The notes below the pieces were generated by a model. That model was not told where the DNA came from and ran no database searches. It saw nothing but the letters and a program-made list of their open reading frames with translations. Positions 9,609 to 17,658 of a stretch of 32,000 nucleotides of DNA are shown here, piece after piece (the stretch's first letter is position 1; the number at the start of each line of letters is the position of its first letter). This stretch comes from Nitrososphaerota archaeon (GTDB taxonomy: Archaea > Thermoproteota > Nitrososphaeria > Nitrososphaerales > UBA57): positions 1 through 32,000 of the forward strand of contig PAVW01000009.1 in assembly GCA_002713205.1 (NCBI GenBank). The letters run 5' to 3'. Position numbers and translations under genes: made by a program.

Positions 9609-9754
9609 AGGATTAATTTTCCCGTTTCCTGCTTTAGATAGTGAGAATCTACTTGTTCAAGCCCTTAGACTTGGATTGATTTTATTAGGACTATATCTCT
9701 TATTGGGGATTTTCAAACGCCGAAAGGTTAGACTTTGATATTGTTTTAAATTTA

Positions 9755-10333
9755 TTACTTGAAAATATTAGTTTGTTTTACTGCTAAATATATTATATAT
9801 CCAATTATTATGATCAATAATTGTGATAGAAATGCTAACGAAGTTATTGTAATCATTGATTCACCTGTTGCATTATACCCTACAAAAGCTATCCATAACG
9901 ATGTAATTATTACAAATAATAATGGCCCAATTAAATTCAACGACGATTTAAATTGACGAATAAAAAATAATCCTAAAAAGGTGAAAACAGGAGAATAAAG
10001 ATCAATTGATCCGATGTGAGATGTTGTTGCAATGACTAGATGACCTAATGTTATTCCTAAAATGCCTGCCAAACCGAAAAATACTATCAATGGTGAAAGT
10101 ACAAAACCAGGAATAATTGTTAATAATATTTGAATTGATGAATTTGAGATTATTTGTCCTGATGGATCTAACATGTTTAAAATATTTGCTGGAAATATAT
10201 CTAGTATAGACATTTCAGGTAATCCTAAACTACCTGCTGCTGTTATACCAGCTGTGATTACAAATAATCCAAATCTTGCTGTAGTGAATTTTCCTTGCAA
10301 TGGATTTTGTCGAGAGTTTGTATTTGATGACAT
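9755..10333 (-). CDS. Membrane protein, unknown function, translationally coupled to the coxIII-like gene
   Basis: I trimmed the ORF-track entry 9755..10399. ATG at 10333-10331 overlaps the coxIII-like TAA in a TAATG junction, giving 192 aa (MSSNTNSRQNPLQ...) with about 5 hydrophobic helices. Confidence 0.55.
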   Translation of the reverse strand: MSSNTNSRQNPLQGKFTTARFGLFVITAGITAAGSLGLPEMSILDIFPANILNMLDPSGQIISNSSIQILLTIIPGFVLSPLIVFFGLAGILGITLGHLVIATTSHIGSIDLYSPVFTFLGLFFIRQFKSSLNLIGPLLFVIITSLWIAFVGYNATGESMITITSLAFLSQLLIIIIGYIIYLAVKQTNIFK

Positions 10334-11232
10334 TATGCTGCTAGCACCTGGAAATATGATAGACCATCTTGCCATAGAAACGCAAATAGGAATAACCATA
10401 CAATATGCACAAAGTGCCAGTAAGTTCCTGCCGCTTCTAGAAAACCGTGATTCTCTTTATCGAATTGACCTCTAAACGCTCTTATCGTTACAACAATATT
10501 TGCCAAAACTCCTGCTATTACATGACATCCATGTATTCCTGTTAACAGGAAAAATGATGCACCAAATAATCCACTTTGTACAGTTAATTCTCCAGAAGAT
10601 AATAAATGCGGCCATTCATAACCCATTTGTATTACTGCAAAACCAGCTCCTAGTATAACTGCCCCTAAGAAACCAAATTTAACTGCAGTATTGTTACCTT
10701 TTTTAACACCTGCTGTTGACCATTCAATCATTATACTGCTCAATATTAGAAGTCCTGTTTGAATACTTGGTATTAATACATCAAGATGAGGTGTTCCTGC
10801 TGGTGGCCATGATAGAGCTTGTGAACGCAAATAGAAATATGCTACAAATGCACCGCCAAAGAATGCAATCTCTGACAATAAAAATAGCGCAGTAGGAAAA
10901 CCAACATCGCCAATTTCATGAAATTTGCCAGGCGTTCCACCTGCTTTTACCATTGCCTCTGCATCTTTTGTTATTTTTGGCCAACGAGGAATTTCACCAC
11001 GCAGAAAAATTAAGATTAATAAAATAAATACTAATACCATGGCAGCGCCAATTGTTAGTGAAAAACCCTTTAACATGAAAATTATACCTGTAGCTACTAA
11101 AATACCTGCGCCCAAACCAATTACAGCAGGCATGTATGAATGAATTTCATCAGGATTAACATGATGTTCGAATTCATTCTCATGTTCTTTTTCTGACATT
11201 TTCTGTTTCAAAAAAAACATCAACATGGCCAT
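10333..11232 (-). CDS. Heme-copper oxidase subunit III-like protein with N-terminal extension
   Basis: The C-terminal motifs TGIHGCHVIAGV and AAGTYWHFVHIVWLFLF match the subunit III pattern (YWHFVDVVWLFL). The start is uncertain; an alternative in-frame ATG gives MSEKEHENEF. Confidence 0.75.
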   Translation of the reverse strand: MAMLMFFLKQKMSEKEHENEFEHHVNPDEIHSYMPAVIGLGAGILVATGIIFMLKGFSLTIGAAMVLVFILLILIFLRGEIPRWPKITKDAEAMVKAGGTPGKFHEIGDVGFPTALFLLSEIAFFGGAFVAYFYLRSQALSWPPAGTPHLDVLIPSIQTGLLILSSIMIEWSTAGVKKGNNTAVKFGFLGAVILGAGFAVIQMGYEWPHLLSSGELTVQSGLFGASFFLLTGIHGCHVIAGVLANIVVTIRAFRGQFDKENHGFLEAAGTYWHFVHIVWLFLFAFLWQDGLSYFQVLAA

Positions 11233-11316
11233 TTATTAACTTTAAGTATTTATTGACAACTGGTATTAAATTCAGTAAATATACTTATACTCTTGATTTG
11301 GTAGTTTTATATTAGA

Positions 11317-11619
11317 ATGTCTACCTCTGGATATATTTCTGATTTGGACTCATTTAAAAAACGGGAAATATCTGATAAAGTAACAAAGTACCGGAACTTT
11401 TCAATAATTATTGCAGTTTTTGTTCATATATTTGCATTCATTACAGGGATTATTCTTTTAGTTGTTTTTTCGTACCCATTTATGACTTTAATTATTTTTC
11501 ATGGAACTATGCAGCTCTTGTCATACATTCATATTTATTTTGGTCCAAAAATTTATGAAAAACGTTTGAGACGTAAGGTATTGAAACCTGATTTAATTAT
11601 GCTTAATCGTAATGTGTAG
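11317..11619 (+). CDS. Small two-TM membrane protein, unknown function
   Basis: This 100 aa ORF is divergent from the coxIII-like gene and lies upstream of the oxidase genes. It has two hydrophobic helices. Confidence 0.45.
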   Translation: MSTSGYISDLDSFKKREISDKVTKYRNFSIIIAVFVHIFAFITGIILLVVFSYPFMTLIIFHGTMQLLSYIHIYFGPKIYEKRLRRKVLKPDLIMLNRNV

Positions 11620-11687
11620 TCGAATCACATGTTCTCATAATTGGTAATGGTCAGTAATCCTAATATAATAAGCTGTGGAACTAAATC

Positions 11688-11954
11688 ATGACTAAAATGG
11701 GCTTACTTACTACTTTTGACAGATTAGTCTGGGCATTTACGATCATTTTCACTTTTATCGTTCTATATATAATGGGAGGCGGTGTTGGTATATCTTGGTA
11801 TCCTGATCAAATTTCTCCACGAGCAATTGAAATAAAACAATATTTTGATGTTGTCTATTTAGCAGGAACGTTTGTTTCTGCATTATTTATTGGCACTTTC
11901 TTTTTTATCTTATTTAGATTTTGGGATAGAACCCAGCCATCAGGAATAGAGTGA
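11688..11954 (+). CDS. Small two-TM membrane protein, candidate accessory oxidase subunit
   Basis: It is 88 aa and ends 4 nt before the coxII start. It has two hydrophobic helices. The role is inferred from position only. Confidence 0.5.
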   Translation: MTKMGLLTTFDRLVWAFTIIFTFIVLYIMGGGVGISWYPDQISPRAIEIKQYFDVVYLAGTFVSALFIGTFFFILFRFWDRTQPSGIE

Positions 11955-11958
11955 TAAT

Positions 11959-12387
11959 ATGAATACATTGGAAAAATTAGAATGGGCAACAATAGTAGGT
12001 GCTGCAATATTGCTATTTGGATTATCTTTTATGGCTATACCTCTTCTAGAGGAAATTGATAATGTCCAATATTATGGTCAAGATCCAGACTATACTGTTA
12101 AAGTAACTTCCTTTCAATGGGGCTGGGTATTCACTTATGCGGATGGTCACGAATCAGGAGAATTGATAGTAGGTGTTGGAGATATAGTTAGATTAGAAAT
12201 GGAAAGTGAAGACGTTATACATAGTTTTTATGTGAGAGAACTGGGATTTAAGGCTGATATAATTCCAGGAAAAACTCGAATTCATTTAATAAAAGCTGAA
12301 GTACCAGGGGAATACTGGATACAATGTGCAGAATTTTGTGGCGCTTATCATGGCGGTATGAGAACTAGATTGGTAGTGGAGGCTTAA
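11959..12387 (+). CDS. coxB: Heme-copper oxidase subunit II (CuA cupredoxin domain, single N-terminal TM)
   Basis: It carries the CuA ligand pattern HSFYV ... CAEFCGAYHGGM. It is 142 aa with one N-terminal helix. Confidence 0.9.
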   Translation: MNTLEKLEWATIVGAAILLFGLSFMAIPLLEEIDNVQYYGQDPDYTVKVTSFQWGWVFTYADGHESGELIVGVGDIVRLEMESEDVIHSFYVRELGFKADIIPGKTRIHLIKAEVPGEYWIQCAEFCGAYHGGMRTRLVVEA

Positions 12388-12390
12388 TAA

Positions 12391-13923
12391 ATGGAAATCG
12401 AAGAAGTAAAAAAAGAACAGGCCATTACTAAAGAACATGCGCCTTTCTATTCTAGCTGGAAAAGTGTTCTCTTTACAACTCATCATACTGACATAGGTAT
12501 TCTATATCTAACTTTTGCTTTCTTCTTTTTCTTCTTAGGTGGTGCATCTTCTCTGATAGTAAGATATGCTCTAACAAGTGAGGGTTCAGTTAGTCCTGAA
12601 GCATATGCTGGTGCGTTTACTTTACATGGTGTCAGCATGCTCTTCTTATTTATCATTCCTGCTTGGGCTGGATTTGGTAACTGGTTAGTTCCAAAATATA
12701 TTGGAGCTAAAGATATGTATTTTCCTAAACTTAATGCTCTTGGTTTCTGGTTATTGCCTCCTGCAGGTTTATTAATTTACCTTGGCATGCCTAATGTTGG
12801 ATGGACTATGTATGCTCCACTCTCTGTATATTCAGCTGGTTGGGGTATGGATCTGACAATCTTAGGACTTCATTTGATCGGGACTTCTTCTATTATAGGT
12901 GCCATTAATTTTATTGTAACAATTATGAAAATGAAAGCGCCTGGTGTGACATATAGAAACATGCCATTAATGGTTTGGACTCAGTTTACAACTGCTTTCT
13001 TACAAGCATTAGCAACTCCTGTTCTTGCTATAGTACTCACATTATTATTATTAGATAGAAATCTAGGAACTGGTTTTTTCCGTCCAGAATTAGGCGGAGA
13101 TCCTCTTCTATGGCAACATTTATTCTGGTTCTATTCTCATCCTGCTGTCTATATATTTGTTCTTCCAGGTATGGGTCTTGTTTCTCAAATACTGCCAAGT
13201 ATGTCAAGGCAAAAGATCTTTGGTTATAGTTCTATTGCTATATCAACCGCACTTATAGGATTCCTTGGGTTTGGTGTTTGGGCACATCATATGTGGATTA
13301 CCGGAATATCAGTGAGTGCTAGAATACCTTTTATGTTTATGACTATGGCAATAGCAGTTCCTTCCGGTGTTAAAATTTTTAATTGGATTGCTACCATGTA
13401 TGGTGGCAAATTAAAATTTAGTACTCCGATGCTTTTTTGTCTCAGTTTTATTCTCAGTTTTATCTTTCAAGGAGTTTCAGGTGTTTTCTTAGCAAATATA
13501 CCTCTTGACTATCAACTTCATGATACATATTTCGTTGTAAGTCATCTTCACTATGTATTATTTGGCGCATCTGCTCAAGCTGCATTTGCAGGAATCTATT
13601 ATTATTTTCCATATATGACTGGCCGAAAGTATAATGAAACTTTAGGAATGGCCCATTTCTTGTTAACTTCTGCGGGACTTTATACATTATTCACTTCTAT
13701 GTTATTCTTAGGTCTTCAAGGAATGCCAAGAAGAACTTATACATATCTTCCAGAATTTTTCACATGGAACGTTGCGGCTACCTTTGGAGCAGTGTTGATA
13801 GCTGTTGGTGCACTAGTATTTGGATATAATATATTGTCAAGTTGGTATAGAGGTCCTCCAGTTGCCAATAAAGAAGATCCTTGGAATCTTTCAAAATATG
13901 GTCTAAGAGAATGGCCAGAATAG
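12391..13923 (+). CDS. coxA: Heme-copper oxidase subunit I, A2-type
   Basis: It is 510 aa with FGNWLVP, WFYSHPAVYIFVLPGMG, WAHHMWITG and SHLHYV. YSHPAV replaces the A1-type GHPEV. Confidence 0.95.
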   Translation: MEIEEVKKEQAITKEHAPFYSSWKSVLFTTHHTDIGILYLTFAFFFFFLGGASSLIVRYALTSEGSVSPEAYAGAFTLHGVSMLFLFIIPAWAGFGNWLVPKYIGAKDMYFPKLNALGFWLLPPAGLLIYLGMPNVGWTMYAPLSVYSAGWGMDLTILGLHLIGTSSIIGAINFIVTIMKMKAPGVTYRNMPLMVWTQFTTAFLQALATPVLAIVLTLLLLDRNLGTGFFRPELGGDPLLWQHLFWFYSHPAVYIFVLPGMGLVSQILPSMSRQKIFGYSSIAISTALIGFLGFGVWAHHMWITGISVSARIPFMFMTMAIAVPSGVKIFNWIATMYGGKLKFSTPMLFCLSFILSFIFQGVSGVFLANIPLDYQLHDTYFVVSHLHYVLFGASAQAAFAGIYYYFPYMTGRKYNETLGMAHFLLTSAGLYTLFTSMLFLGLQGMPRRTYTYLPEFFTWNVAATFGAVLIAVGALVFGYNILSSWYRGPPVANKEDPWNLSKYGLREWPE

Positions 13924-13932
13924 TATTGTATT

Positions 13933-14373
13933 ATGAATGCTTTTCAAATATTGACAGTACTTTCTTCAATTGGTGTGTATTTTCTTATTGTATTAGGTGG
14001 AATAACTACTCAAACCGGTTCAGGAATGGCATGTCCTGATTGGCCATTGTGTTTCGGTGAATTATTACCAAATCTTACTACGACTGTATTGATTGAAATG
14101 AGCCATAGATATATGGCCATGATTGTAGGTCTGTTAATCACTTCTACTTTTATTTTAGCTGTTAGAAATTATAGAAATTCAAAAATCCTCTTGTTTTCTT
14201 CTGCAATGTCTTTTCTTCTAGTTGGAATACAAGGATACATTGGTATGTTGACAGTTACTAGTATCCTTGATCCTGCAATAGTTACATTGCACTTGGCTTT
14301 ATCTACTGCATTATTTGGGTTTTCATTAATAACTGCAATTCTAGCTTTGAAAACTACATATAATGTTTCATAG
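13933..14373 (+). CDS. ctaA: Heme A synthase, compact four-helix archaeal variant
   Basis: It is 146 aa with the CPDWPLCFG cysteine pair and the MSHRYMA histidine motif typical of CtaA/Cox15. Its size matches the compact variant described for Aeropyrum pernix. Confidence 0.75.
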   Translation: MNAFQILTVLSSIGVYFLIVLGGITTQTGSGMACPDWPLCFGELLPNLTTTVLIEMSHRYMAMIVGLLITSTFILAVRNYRNSKILLFSSAMSFLLVGIQGYIGMLTVTSILDPAIVTLHLALSTALFGFSLITAILALKTTYNVS

Positions 14374-14378
14374 ATATA

Positions 14379-15050
14379 ATGAAATCTATTTTGAATATCT
14401 TCGACACTTATTCCTTGCGAGATGGCATATTAAAAATTATTTTTGCAAACATTCTAGTTCTACTTTTACTTACTCCAACTCTCGAACAATTTGAGACGAG
14501 AAGTTTATTTTATCATATGATGATAGAACATTTTCTTTTCATTTTTTCTGGTTACATTTTCATTTCTGGGTTTGATTCTTTAATTGTATCATTTAAACAC
14601 TTCAATCTACAATATAGCAAAAAAATTATAAAATATTATTCTCGCTTTCTAGCTCTAAATAATCGTTTTAATCCATTTGGAATTGTATCAACTGCATTAT
14701 TTTTAATTACAATATTTTATTGGCATGTACCATCTAATTTTGATATAGCCACTACAAATGCAACTTTTCATATATTGATGCATTTATCTCTGATTATTTC
14801 TGGCACATTGATATTTTGCAGTTTTAAAATGATATCAAATACTCAATCAATCTTTCTGATTCTTTCTATCGATAAAATTCTGGGAATATTAGGATTTTTC
14901 CTTGCAGGGGGCGATTCAATAATTTATAATGCATATTTGCTTTCTGATCATATAACTAGTGGATTTTGGATGATTATTATGATGATGGGAATTGATGCAA
15001 TTTGTATTTCATTTTTAATTTTGGCGTACTTTAGATTGCCCCATAAATGA
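14379..15050 (+). CDS. CtaG-like (caa3-type) oxidase assembly membrane protein
   Basis: It is 223 aa and polytopic. YHMMIEHFLFIFSG and YWHVPSNFDIATTNATFHILMHLSLIISG resemble the Caa3_CtaG family His/Met motifs. It lies between ctaA and ctaB. Confidence 0.55.
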   Translation: MKSILNIFDTYSLRDGILKIIFANILVLLLLTPTLEQFETRSLFYHMMIEHFLFIFSGYIFISGFDSLIVSFKHFNLQYSKKIIKYYSRFLALNNRFNPFGIVSTALFLITIFYWHVPSNFDIATTNATFHILMHLSLIISGTLIFCSFKMISNTQSIFLILSIDKILGILGFFLAGGDSIIYNAYLLSDHITSGFWMIIMMMGIDAICISFLILAYFRLPHK

Positions 15051-15089
15051 TGATTACATTTAAAAGGAGTTAATATATGTAACTGAATA

Positions 15090-15287
15090 ATGATGAATAT
15101 ATTACATTTGTTCTATACATTTATTGGATTGATATCGAATTCAGTTGAAAATGAGGTTCATTATGACGATAAATATAAACCTGTTAAAAAACTCATATTA
15201 TCTATTGTAATTATTACTTTTCTAGTTGGATTATCCTATGTTCTTATACAGACATTCGTAATTTCTGCTGCTGATGCCCCTGAATAA
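15090..15287 (+). CDS. Small single-TM protein in the oxidase/heme cluster
   Basis: This 65 aa ORF has one hydrophobic helix (LILSIVIITFLVGLSYVLIQTFVI). Support comes from position only. Confidence 0.35.
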   Translation: MMNILHLFYTFIGLISNSVENEVHYDDKYKPVKKLILSIVIITFLVGLSYVLIQTFVISAADAPE

Positions 15288-15340
15288 ATATTGATTTTAT
15301 AATAATTAGGCCAAATTTTATATTCAATAACTATATATTT

Positions 15341-16273
15341 TTGAACATTATGTCTTTTGATATTCCATCTAAATCTGGCATTAGAACTAGATTATTTCCA
15401 TATTATCAAATTTCTAAACCGTCTATAATTTTTCTACTTGATTTTGTAGCTATCTCTACATTATTAATTGCATATTTGGATACTAATTATACCACAAATC
15501 CTCTTACATTCAGCGTAATTATGGGATTATTTCTTGCAGGAACGTTTTCTTCTGCTGGTTCAGCAGCACTGAATTGTTATTTTGATCGTGATATTGATGC
15601 TAAAATGGAAAGGACAAAAAATCGTGTTACTGCAACTGGTCAACTTTCACCTTCAAATACTCTAAATTTTGGAATTATTATGATTATTCTATCTGTAATT
15701 ATTTCATCTATATTTCTTAATTTATTAACTACAGGAATGATCTTGTTAGGTTCATTTTTCTATATCTTTGTTTATACTATATGGCTTAAGAGAAAGACTA
15801 CTTGGAATATTGTTATTGGAGGCTTTGCAGGTAGTGCCGCTGCATTTGCAGGATGGACTGCAATAACTGGACAATTAGAAATTATTGCAATTCTAATGGG
15901 ACTTTTAGTTTTCATATGGACTCCTTCACATTTTTGGGCTTTAGCAGTATTGAAAGATGACGATTATACAGAAGCTGGAATTCCGATGCTTCCTGTTGTT
16001 GTTGGTAAAGTTAAAGCTGTGCGTTATACTGTAATCAACACACTTTTATTAATTCCATTCTCATTAGTTTTTATTTTATTTGATTATGGTTATGTATACC
16101 TTATAATTTCTGTTATTCTTGGAATGCTGTTACTATATAGTAATATAAAATTACTTCAAAATCCCCATGATAAATCTATAGCTCTCAAAGCATTCAAATA
16201 TTCTAGTCCATATCTTGCGATAATCTTTGTTGCTTTGATATTGGATCTTTTGTTTAGGTTTCCTATTTTTTAG
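15341..16273 (+). CDS. ctaB: Protoheme IX farnesyltransferase (heme O synthase)
   Basis: It has the UbiA-family Asp-rich motif NCYFDRDIDAKMERTKNR and is polytopic. The start is TTG at 15341 or ATG at 15350. Confidence 0.9.
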   Translation: MNIMSFDIPSKSGIRTRLFPYYQISKPSIIFLLDFVAISTLLIAYLDTNYTTNPLTFSVIMGLFLAGTFSSAGSAALNCYFDRDIDAKMERTKNRVTATGQLSPSNTLNFGIIMIILSVIISSIFLNLLTTGMILLGSFFYIFVYTIWLKRKTTWNIVIGGFAGSAAAFAGWTAITGQLEIIAILMGLLVFIWTPSHFWALAVLKDDDYTEAGIPMLPVVVGKVKAVRYTVINTLLLIPFSLVFILFDYGYVYLIISVILGMLLLYSNIKLLQNPHDKSIALKAFKYSSPYLAIIFVALILDLLFRFPIF

Positions 16274-16770
16274 TTTTTAGATTTTACTGGTATTTCTTTT
16301 TCTAAAGTTTCTTTGTGTTTTTCTTCAACTGCATTTTTAACTTCTTGTAAACTAACATTCATTCCCTTAATTACATATTTTCTTAAACGTAGTTTATCAA
16401 TTATTATTCCAATTATGAAATATGGTAATACGTAGTCTACTTCAAATGTTACTTTTGTCGCATTGTTAATTTCTTCAAATTTTACAGTAATTACATTCTT
16501 TTTAAATGGACCGTTCAATGCTTTTGAGACAATTTTCTTATTTTTTGTCACTTCACAGGTTATACTATCCCATTGCATGGGCCTTCCTCCAAATTCACCT
16601 ATTATTCTCATTACAGTTCCAACTCCCCAACCTTCAGTAACTTTAATTGGTATAACTTTCATTTTTGCTTCTTCTGGGAAATGACCTGCAATATGTTCAG
16701 GCCTAGCATAATACATAAAAACTTGTTCAATAGGTGCATTCATTATAATGCTTTTCGTTACTATAGACAT
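16270..16770 (-). CDS. SRPBCC/START-like (polyketide cyclase-dehydrase fold) protein
   Basis: It is 166 aa. The N-terminal pattern IIMNAPIEQVFMYYARPEHIAGHFP is typical of SRPBCC proteins. Its 3' end has a 4-nt convergent overlap with ctaB. Confidence 0.5.
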   Translation of the reverse strand: MSIVTKSIIMNAPIEQVFMYYARPEHIAGHFPEEAKMKVIPIKVTEGWGVGTVMRIIGEFGGRPMQWDSITCEVTKNKKIVSKALNGPFKKNVITVKFEEINNATKVTFEVDYVLPYFIIGIIIDKLRLRKYVIKGMNVSLQEVKNAVEEKHKETLEKEIPVKSKN

Positions 16771-16836
16771 GTTATCATTTTATTATTGATTTGAATATAT
16801 ACTTATACATTTCTGTTATTCCAGTTTTTAAAAATG

Positions 16837-17061
16837 TTATTCTTCAATTAGCTGTAACCCATCTATTTTCCCGGACTCAGATTCAAAATTTACTTTATAA
16901 ATATATGATTTCTTATTGTCTTTTTGACGCGCAATAAAAATTATAGTCCAAATTAAATTTTTTTCATTTATTTGTATGTCCTTGAGTTCTTTCCATTCAA
17001 TATAGCCAAATCTGTTAATATATTTTTTTACAAGTTTGACAATATGATTTTTTTCTCTCAT
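16837..17061 (-). CDS. Hypothetical small protein
   Basis: This 74 aa ORF shares orientation with the adjacent PCD gene. I recognise no motif. Confidence 0.35.
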   Translation of the reverse strand: MREKNHIVKLVKKYINRFGYIEWKELKDIQINEKNLIWTIIFIARQKDNKKSYIYKVNFESESGKIDGLQLIEE

Positions 17062-17072
17062 TCTATTATTTT

Positions 17073-17384
17073 TTACATTCTTTGTTCTATATCATTTATG
17101 ATTTTTGCTAATTTAAAATCAAAATTACTTATACCATTTACATCATGAGTTGTGAGTTCTATTTTTACTTTATTATATATATTAAACCATTCTGGATGAT
17201 GATTCATTTTTTCGACTTCCATTGCTATTCTAGTCATAAATGTAAAAGCATCTTCAAAATCACGAAATTCAAAAGTTTTAGTTAATTTATTTTTATTTAT
17301 TGTCCAGCCTTTTACTTTAATTAACTCGTTTTTTATCTCATTTTCACTTAATTTATTATAATTTTCTTCCATGTTATTTGTCAT
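17073..17384 (-). CDS. Pterin-4-alpha-carbinolamine dehydratase (PCD/DCoH)
   Basis: It is 103 aa with the diagnostic [11 protein letters not shown] motif and TTHD. Confidence 0.85.
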   Translation of the reverse strand: MTNNMEENYNKLSENEIKNELIKVKGWTINKNKLTKTFEFRDFEDAFTFMTRIAMEVEKMNHHPEWFNIYNKVKIELTTHDVNGISNFDFKLAKIINDIEQRM

Positions 17385-17435
17385 TAAATATGTTTTAATT
17401 GATTATCTTATTAAGTTCAACTAAAACGATAGTTA

Positions 17436-17449
17436 TTTATTAAATATTA
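17436..17449 (+). promoter_or_regulatory. Candidate TATA box/BRE for the tRNA gene
   Basis: TTTATTAAATATTA is centred about 30 nt upstream of tRNA position 1. This is weak evidence in a roughly 70% AT background. Confidence 0.25.
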
Positions 17450-17483
17450 TTGATAGTTAAATTCAGTCCCGCGACCCGCGGTA

Positions 17484-17506
17484 TGATATTTTATGATATC
17501 CCGTAG
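17484..17506 (+). other. tRNA intron 1 (23 nt, position 9/10)
   Basis: BHB geometry:
- Central helix: G17478-G17481 pairs with C17501-U17504 (one G-U pair).
- 5' bulge: UAU 17482-17484.
- 3' bulge: AGG 17505-17507.
- Inner hairpin: GAUAU/AUAUC.
- Cleavage after the second bulge nucleotide on both strands joins UA to GCUC. Confidence 0.8.
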
Positions 17507-17520
17507 GCTCAGCTTGGTAG

Positions 17521-17534
17521 AAATGTTTGCCAAA
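17521..17534 (+). other. tRNA intron 2 (14 nt, position 22/23, D-arm)
   Basis: BHB geometry:
- Central helix: U17515-U17518 pairs with G17529-A17532 (one G-U pair).
- Bulges: AGA 17519-17521 and AAA 17533-17535.
- The inner helix is only 2 bp.
- Splicing restores the D-stem 3' strand GAGC. Confidence 0.7.
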
Positions 17535-17549
17535 AGCTTCCGGCTGTAG

Positions 17550-17592
17550 TGGTAGGCCTTGGCTTGCCTGAACAGCCTGCCAAGCCACAGGA
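17550..17592 (+). other. tRNA intron 3 (43 nt, canonical position 37/38)
   Basis: Textbook hBHBh' geometry:
- Central helix: C32-U35 (17544-17547) pairs with 17587-17590.
- Bulges: AGU 17548-17550 and GAA 17591-17593.
- Distal helices: GG/CC plus CUUGGC/GCCAAG, closing a 15-nt loop. Confidence 0.9.
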
Positions 17593-17608
17593 ACCGGACT
17601 GTCGTCGG

Positions 17609-17630
17609 TGAGTTATATTAACTCGATGAA
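17609..17630 (+). other. tRNA intron 4 (22 nt, position 53/54, T-arm)
   Basis: BHB geometry:
- Central helix: C17603-C17606 pairs with G17625-G17628 (one G-U pair).
- Bulges: GGU 17607-17609 and AAU 17629-17631.
- Inner hairpin: GAGUU/AACUC with a 5-nt loop. Confidence 0.8.
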
Positions 17631-17636
17631 TTCAAA

Positions 17637-17658
17637 TTGGTTCAAAAAACCATGAATG
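17637..17658 (+). other. tRNA intron 5 (22 nt, position 59/60, T-loop)
   Basis: BHB geometry:
- Central helix: U17631-A17634 pairs with U17653-A17656.
- Bulges: AAU 17635-17637 and UGU 17657-17659.
- Inner hairpin: UGGUU/AACCA with a 5-nt loop.
- Splicing yields the T-loop UUCAAAU. Confidence 0.8.

Noticed and set aside
10334-10399. The 5' extension of ORF 9755-10399 (MVIPICVSMARWSIIFPGASSI...).
   Set aside because: It would overlap the coxIII-like gene by 67 nt. The internal ATG at 10333 forms a TAATG coupling junction, so I trimmed the gene to 9755-10333.
9759-11143. Plus-strand ORFs 9759-9956, 10173-10475 and 10925-11143.
   Set aside because: They lie antisense within the minus-strand membrane and coxIII-like genes, which have motif support.
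12286-13687. Minus-strand ORFs 12286-12486 and 13460-13687.
   Set aside because: They lie antisense to coxII and coxI.
15047-15105. C/D-box sRNA-like strings: AUGAUGA at about 15047, CUGA about 29 nt later, then a second AUGAUGA.
   Set aside because: The spacing is wrong for C/D' boxes (about 12 nt is expected) and no terminal D box follows. The strings coincide with the ctaG-like stop codon region and the ATGATG start of the next ORF.
16463-16794. Plus-strand ORFs 16463-16684 and 16573-16794.
   Set aside because: They lie antisense to or overlap the SRPBCC gene and have no supporting features.
17626-17634. The palindrome TGAATTCA / ATGAATTCAAAT in the tRNA T-arm region, considered as a possible protein-binding site.
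   Set aside because: It is explained by the intron-4/exon-5 junction and the BHB pairing of intron 5. No independent evidence supports a regulatory role.
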